DNA of 64,000 bases from an uncultured Verrucomicrobiae bacterium (lineage in GTDB: Bacteria; Verrucomicrobiota; Verrucomicrobiia; Chthoniobacterales; JAFAMB01). Location of the stretch: the NCBI GenBank assembly GCA_963813025.1, contig CAWEXO010000005.1, positions 64,001 to 128,000 on the forward strand. The letters are read 5' to 3'. The notes under the pieces are model-generated. The model had not been told where the DNA came from. It searched no databases and saw nothing but the letters and a program-made list of their open reading frames with translations. A program made the position numbers and the translations under genes. Position 1 is the first letter of the stretch; each line of letters starts with the position of its first letter. Positions 59,385-64,000 of the stretch are shown here, one piece after another.

Positions 59385-60629
59385 ATGAGCGTTCGACGTG
59401 TCGTCATCACTGGCATGGGATTGGTCTCCCCTTTGGGCAACGATCTTAAGACTTTTTGGGAAAACCTGATCGCCGGGCGAAGCGGGATCCGAAAAATCGT
59501 GCAGTTCGACGCATCAAGCTTTGATTGCCAGATCGCAGGCGAGGTGCACGACTTCGATCCGGTGCGTTACGTCAGCAATCCTAAAGAAGTGCGGCGCACG
59601 GACCGGTTCACCCAATTTGCCTTGGCGAGCGCCAAGTTAGCCGTGGAAAATAGTGGACTCGATCTGGATCGAGTCGATCGAACCCGGGTTGGAGTCCTGG
59701 TCGGCAGCGGCATCGGCGGCCTGAAGTCACTGGAGGATCAACACACGATCCTGATGAACAAGGGAGCTTCCCGAGTCTCGCCTTTCATGGTGCCAATGAT
59801 GATCGTCAACATGGCGAGCGGCCTGATCTCGATCGAATACGGTTTTGAAGGCCCAAACTTCTCGATCGTCAGCGCCTGCGCTACTGGCGCCAACAGTATC
59901 GGAGAAGCCTGGCGGATGATTCGCGATGGCGAAGCGGAGGTGTTTCTGGCGGGTGGCTGCGAGGCTGTGGTCTGCCCGCTTGGCATTGGCGGTTTCTGCG
60001 CGATGCGCGCCATGAGCACTCGCAACGAAGAGCCCGAACGGGCCTCGCGCCCGTTCGATCGCGAACGGGATGGATTTGTGATGGGTGAAGGCGGAGGCGT
60101 CCTTGTTCTCGAGGAATACGAACACGCAAAGGCGCGAGGCGCGCACATCTATTGTGAACTAGCCGGCTACGGACTGACGGCGGACGCCTACCACATGACT
60201 GCTCCCAAGCCAGACGGGACCGCTGTGGCACGCGGCATGAAAAGCGCAGTTGAGCATGCCCGATGCAACGTCGAAGAGATTGACTATATCAATGCCCACG
60301 CTACCTCGACTCCGGTGGGGGACATCTCGGAAACGAGTGCCATCAAACTTTTCGCCGGTGATCACGCAAAGAAAGGTTTGCTGGTCAGTTCAACAAAATC
60401 AATGACCGGACATCTCCTGGGCGGCGCTGGCGGGTTGGAAAGTATCGTGTGCGCCCTCGCCATCCAGGAAGGCGTTATTCCTCCGACCATCAATCTGGAA
60501 AATCCAGATCCTCAGTGCGACCTCGATTACGTGCCAAATCACTGCCGGGAAAAGAAGGTTCGACTTGCTTTGAACAATTCGTTCGGCTTCGGGGGACACA
60601 ACGCCACTTTGGCGTTCAAAGCTCTCTGA
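59385..60629 (+). CDS. fabF: Beta-ketoacyl-ACP synthase II
   Basis: 'SACATG', 'INAHATST', 'KSMTGHLLG', 'NSFGFGG'. Confidence 0.96.
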   Translation: MSVRRVVITGMGLVSPLGNDLKTFWENLIAGRSGIRKIVQFDASSFDCQIAGEVHDFDPVRYVSNPKEVRRTDRFTQFALASAKLAVENSGLDLDRVDRTRVGVLVGSGIGGLKSLEDQHTILMNKGASRVSPFMVPMMIVNMASGLISIEYGFEGPNFSIVSACATGANSIGEAWRMIRDGEAEVFLAGGCEAVVCPLGIGGFCAMRAMSTRNEEPERASRPFDRERDGFVMGEGGGVLVLEEYEHAKARGAHIYCELAGYGLTADAYHMTAPKPDGTAVARGMKSAVEHARCNVEEIDYINAHATSTPVGDISETSAIKLFAGDHAKKGLLVSSTKSMTGHLLGGAGGLESIVCALAIQEGVIPPTINLENPDPQCDLDYVPNHCREKKVRLALNNSFGFGGHNATLAFKAL

Positions 60630-60659
60630 GGGATCTTCAGTAGAAAAGCCTTTTACTTT

Positions 60660-60951
60660 GTCTCGCGACGTCCGCTGGCCGTTGTGCGAGTAGTGCGGAA
60701 ATCTAGAGAATGTCTCTCAACATCCCGCTGGCTCGCGACCGGTAGGGCGAAAATTTATCCGAGCCTTAGCGAGGACTCGTTTGAGCCGGACACAGGGGGT
60801 GTGCCACACCTCCAAGACGGCTCAAACAAGTTCTCGCTGACGCTCGAATGAATTTTCGCCCTACCAGCACAGAGTCCAAGGATGTTCCGAGACGGTCTCT
60901 AACTAAGTTCTCGCCCTACCGACGCCGCGCCAACGACACAAATTGCGAGAC
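60660..60951. repeat. Nested REP-like palindromic composite, includes family B copy 2 (60740-60866)
   Basis: GGTAGGGCGAAAATT...AATTTTCGCCCTACC inner pair, a further TCGCCCTACC at ~60911, outer TGTCTCGC/GCGAGACA. Confidence 0.75.
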
Positions 60952-61036
60952 ATCTCTTTATCTGAGCCGCTTCGGGAGAAATCTATTAGAGCATTTGACC
61001 GATTTCAGGAGGTAGAGTTTTGAACATTCGCCATCC

Positions 61037-61903
61037 GTGAACAAGCACGTCTTTTTTCTTTTACTTAGCGCCCTGCTTTGGTCCTTGGGTGGGGTCCTCA
61101 TTAAGAGCATCGACTGGACCCCGTTGGGTATTGCCGGCGCCCGCAGTCTGATCGCGGCGGTCCTCATGTTTTTCTTTTGCCGAACCGGTTGGCAAAAGCT
61201 TACCTGGGCCGCCCTTCCCGGCTCCCTCGCCTATGCAGCTACCGTCGTACTTTTTGTTCTGGCGACCAAACTGACAACGGCGGCCAATGCCATATTTCTC
61301 CAGTACACCGCGCCCATTTATATCGCGATCATTGGCCCGTGGTATCTCCAGGAAAAAACCAGTGTGCTGGATTGGATTTTTATCTTGGTCGCTCTTTCGG
61401 GAGTTGGCCTCTTCTTCGTCGATCGTCTCAGCCTCAATGGTTTAATCGGGGTGTCGGCCGCGCTAGCCAGCGGCTTGAGCTTCGCCTGGATGACGATGCT
61501 TCTCCGGCGCCAGCGGCACGCTTCGCCTGAAGCAGTGCTATTTCTCGGCAATGCGGCAACCGTGCTAATCACTCTTCCCTGGCTTCTTCAGCCGGTTGAT
61601 CTTGCGCGGAACGCGCCGGGTCTTCTGGCGCTCGGCGTGGTCCAGCTCACCATTCCCTATCTGATCTACGCGCGGGCGATCCGTCATGTGCGTGCTTTAG
61701 ACGCAGCGTTGATCAGCATGATCGAACCCATCCTCAACCCGCTCTGGGTCATGTTAGTGACCTTTGAAAAGCCGTCACTCTGGTCGATCCTCGGTGGGTG
61801 CCTCGTTCTGGGGAGTTCGTTCGCTCGCACTTTGACGAGCGCCCGGGCAAGAACCGAGCTTTTGCCAAGTCCCGAAGCCGTGATCAACGCGACAGAGGAT
61901 TGA
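61037..61903 (+). CDS. DMT/EamA family transporter
   Basis: About 10 TM, 'TTAANAIFLQYTAP', 'IEPILNP.W'. Confidence 0.9.
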   Translation: MNKHVFFLLLSALLWSLGGVLIKSIDWTPLGIAGARSLIAAVLMFFFCRTGWQKLTWAALPGSLAYAATVVLFVLATKLTTAANAIFLQYTAPIYIAIIGPWYLQEKTSVLDWIFILVALSGVGLFFVDRLSLNGLIGVSAALASGLSFAWMTMLLRRQRHASPEAVLFLGNAATVLITLPWLLQPVDLARNAPGLLALGVVQLTIPYLIYARAIRHVRALDAALISMIEPILNPLWVMLVTFEKPSLWSILGGCLVLGSSFARTLTSARARTELLPSPEAVINATED

Positions 61904-62094
61904 AGCGATTCAGGGCTCGCTGCTCTCCCGCAGTTTGACCTTTCCGTGGCATTGATTTTGCGTTCCAGCTAATCTACCAAATGTGAAATCTGTAGTGACC
62001 TCGTATTTTTGCGGTGCCAGTCGCGCGCACTCCGTGCCACGTAGTCATCGCAGCTCAATTGACTGTCAGCCGCCGAGCTGACAAGCTTCCCCCC

Positions 62095-64000
62095 GTGCCC
62101 GCCACCGCAAATCGAGGACTGGTCAGCGCTGGCCGCTGGAATGAAGTACTCGATGCTTCCGGCCAGCCGCGTTCCGCTTACCAACCGCTGCTGCAATGCC
62201 TCAACCGTCTGAGTTCCGCAGAACTCACCGATGTCGAGGAACGACTCGACGCCACCCTGCGCGAACTCGGAGTCACTTTTGAGCTGCCGACCGACGGACG
62301 ACGCAACACCTGGTTTTGTGATCTTCTGCCCCAAGTCTTCCTCCAGGACGAATGGGATCTGATCGCGCGCGGTTTCCAGCAACGGATTCGCGCGTTTGAG
62401 CTCTTCCTCCAGGACATCTATGGCGACCGTGAAATCCTGCGACAACGGATCATTCCTATTCCGGTGATGCTGGGCAGTCCGAATTTTCAACGCGCCGCGG
62501 TTCGTCTGCCGGTCGCAAAAGCTCATTTTCTGCATCTCAGCGGCCTCTCTTTATGTCGCAACGCCGAGGGTACGCTCCTCGTAAAGAACCATTACTTCAG
62601 CCACCCTTCCGGACTTTCCTATATGATCCAGAACCGCCGCCTGCTCGCGCGGGTCCTGCCAGAGATTTTCGAGCGGATGCCGATCGAATCGATTGCTGAC
62701 ATTCCGACCGAGATAATGCTGCGGCTGCGGACGGCCGCAGGTCGCAACAATCCCTCCACTGTTTTGCTCAGTCCCGGGGTAGGTAGCGCGGTGTACTCCG
62801 AGCACAGTTTCCTGGCCCGCCGGATGGGTATTCCCCTCGTCCAGGGTGGCGATCTGGTAGTCCTTCAGGATACACTCTTTTTGCGCACGGTGGCCGGTCT
62901 GGAAAGGGTCGATGTAGTCTACAGCCGATTGGCAGATCCCTGGCTCGATCCCCTGGTTTTTCGCCCACGGAGCCGGCTCGGTGTTCCCGGGCTGATCCAA
63001 TGTGTGCGCAAGGGCAACCTGGCGCTGGTAAACAGTGTGGGTGCTCAGCTGGCGGACGATCGCAGCTTGCTCCATTGGGCCGATCCCATCATCCGGTTTT
63101 ATCTGGGCGAGGCGCCAGTGTTGCCGACCCTCGCCACCTACTGGATTGGCGATCTCGATCAACGAGAAATGGTTCTGGAAAGACTTGATCAGTTTCAGCT
63201 GCGGGCTCTCACGGGCGAGCGCGCTTTAGTTGCCGACAACGAGCATGCGGAGACCGAGATCCGTGCCGAGACGCGCAGGTCTCCCCATCTCTGGGTGGCT
63301 CAGCCGCGCGAGGACGCCGCACAGACGGTTGGTTATCTGCGCGGACGCCGGACGATGCGCCGGCAAGATCATATTGTCTACGGCATCCGGGGACCGGAAT
63401 CTTTTGCGGTCTTTCCGGGAGCCCTCACCCGGGTTTCGGCGGATGCTTCCGGGCAAACCGAGTCGGAGCATGGCGGAGGCGGCAAAGACACTTGGGTCTT
63501 GCGTGAGGCGAAGGTCAGACACCTGCGGCCGCTCCGATTCCGGCGAGCTCGGCTGCGGGAAGGCGAACGGGTGAGCAGCCGGGTCGCTGAATCGTTTTAT
63601 TGGCTGGGCCGCTACCTGGAACGCGCCTTTGTCGTTGCCAAAATGGTTCAGACGATTGAAGCGGTCGAAATGGAGGAGTTAAACGCTACTGAACGAAAGC
63701 TTTGCCGTCCGGTTTGGGACCAGCTCTTGCCATCGCTCGACTCACCAAAAAAGGGGCGCAGACGCAGTATAGCGAATGTGGAAGAACGTTACCGGGTCAT
63801 GCTGGACACAACCGATCCTGGCTCGGTGAGTTTCATGATCGGGATGAGTCTGAATAATGCCGACTCACTTAGAGAAGCGATCAGCCCCGAGGCCTGGGTA
63901 CCGCTTGCCTTTTTGCGGGCGCTTTTCCAGCGCAATCGATTCCGAGAAGGCACCAGCGAAGCCGACGCCCGGCGGGTGACGCGCCGGTTAGCCGACGCCC
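62095..64000 (+). CDS. Circularly permuted ATP-grasp protein fused to an alpha-E domain (runs off window)
   Basis: Frame 1 translated by hand: 'WNEVLDASGQPR', 'QQRIRAFELFLQDIYG', 'LGVPGL', 'GGGKDTWV', then 'SRVAESFYWLGRYLERA' from 63577; start uncertain. Confidence 0.85.
   Translation, partial: MPATANRGLVSAGRWNEVLDASGQPRSAYQPLLQCLNRLSSAELTDVEERLDATLRELGVTFELPTDGRRNTWFCDLLPQVFLQDEWDLIARGFQQRIRAFELFLQDIYGDREILRQRIIPIPVMLGSPNFQRAAVRLPVAKAHFLHLSGLSLCRNAEGTLLVKNHYFSHPSGLSYMIQNRRLLARVLPEIFERMPIESIADIPTEIMLRLRTAAGRNNPSTVLLSPGVGSAVYSEHSFLARRMGIPLVQGGDLVVLQDTLFLRTVAGLERVDVVYSRLADPWLDPLVFRPRSRLGVPGLIQCVRKGNLALVNSVGAQLADDRSLLHWADPIIRFYLGEAPVLPTLATYWIGDLDQREMVLERLDQFQLRALTGERALVADNEHAETEIRAETRRSPHLWVAQPREDAAQTVGYLRGRRTMRRQDHIVYGIRGPESFAVFPGALTRVSADASGQTESEHGGGGKDTWVLREAKVRHLRPLRFRRARLREGERVSSRVAESFYWLGRYLERAFVVAKMVQTIEAVEMEELNATERKLCRPVWDQLLPSLDSPKKGRRRSIANVEERYRVMLDTTDPGSVSFMIGMSLNNADSLREAISPEAWVPLAFLRALFQRNRFREGTSEADARRVTRRLADA

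Overview
64-kb bacterial chromosomal window. Gene content and the many short intergenic repeats suggest a soil Verrucomicrobiota (Chthoniobacterales-like) genome, which is inference only. Most of it is housekeeping and metabolic DNA: pgi-zwf, a sugar ABC transporter, GH3, mqnE, gatB, aroC, rpoN, an mglA-exbBD cluster, guaB3 and fabF. The main feature is a compact 9,971-bp element integrated in tRNA-Leu(UAA), with 55-bp att direct repeats at 25810-25864 and 35781-35835. It has a PICI-like backbone: integrase, divergent repressor/Xis-like switch, AEP primase, AAA helicase and an iteron origin. It also encodes its own lambda-type head module: gpE-like capsid, gpD-like decoration protein, a lambda-like cos candidate, Nu1-like TerS and gpA-like TerL. 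I recognise no portal, protease/scaffold, connector, tail or lysis genes in it. This looks like a phage satellite that does not fit the PICI, cf-PICI, P4 or PLE layouts as I know them. Single-base frameshifts in four genes, including gatB, are probably sequencing or assembly indels. All product calls come from motif recognition by eye; no database searches were run.
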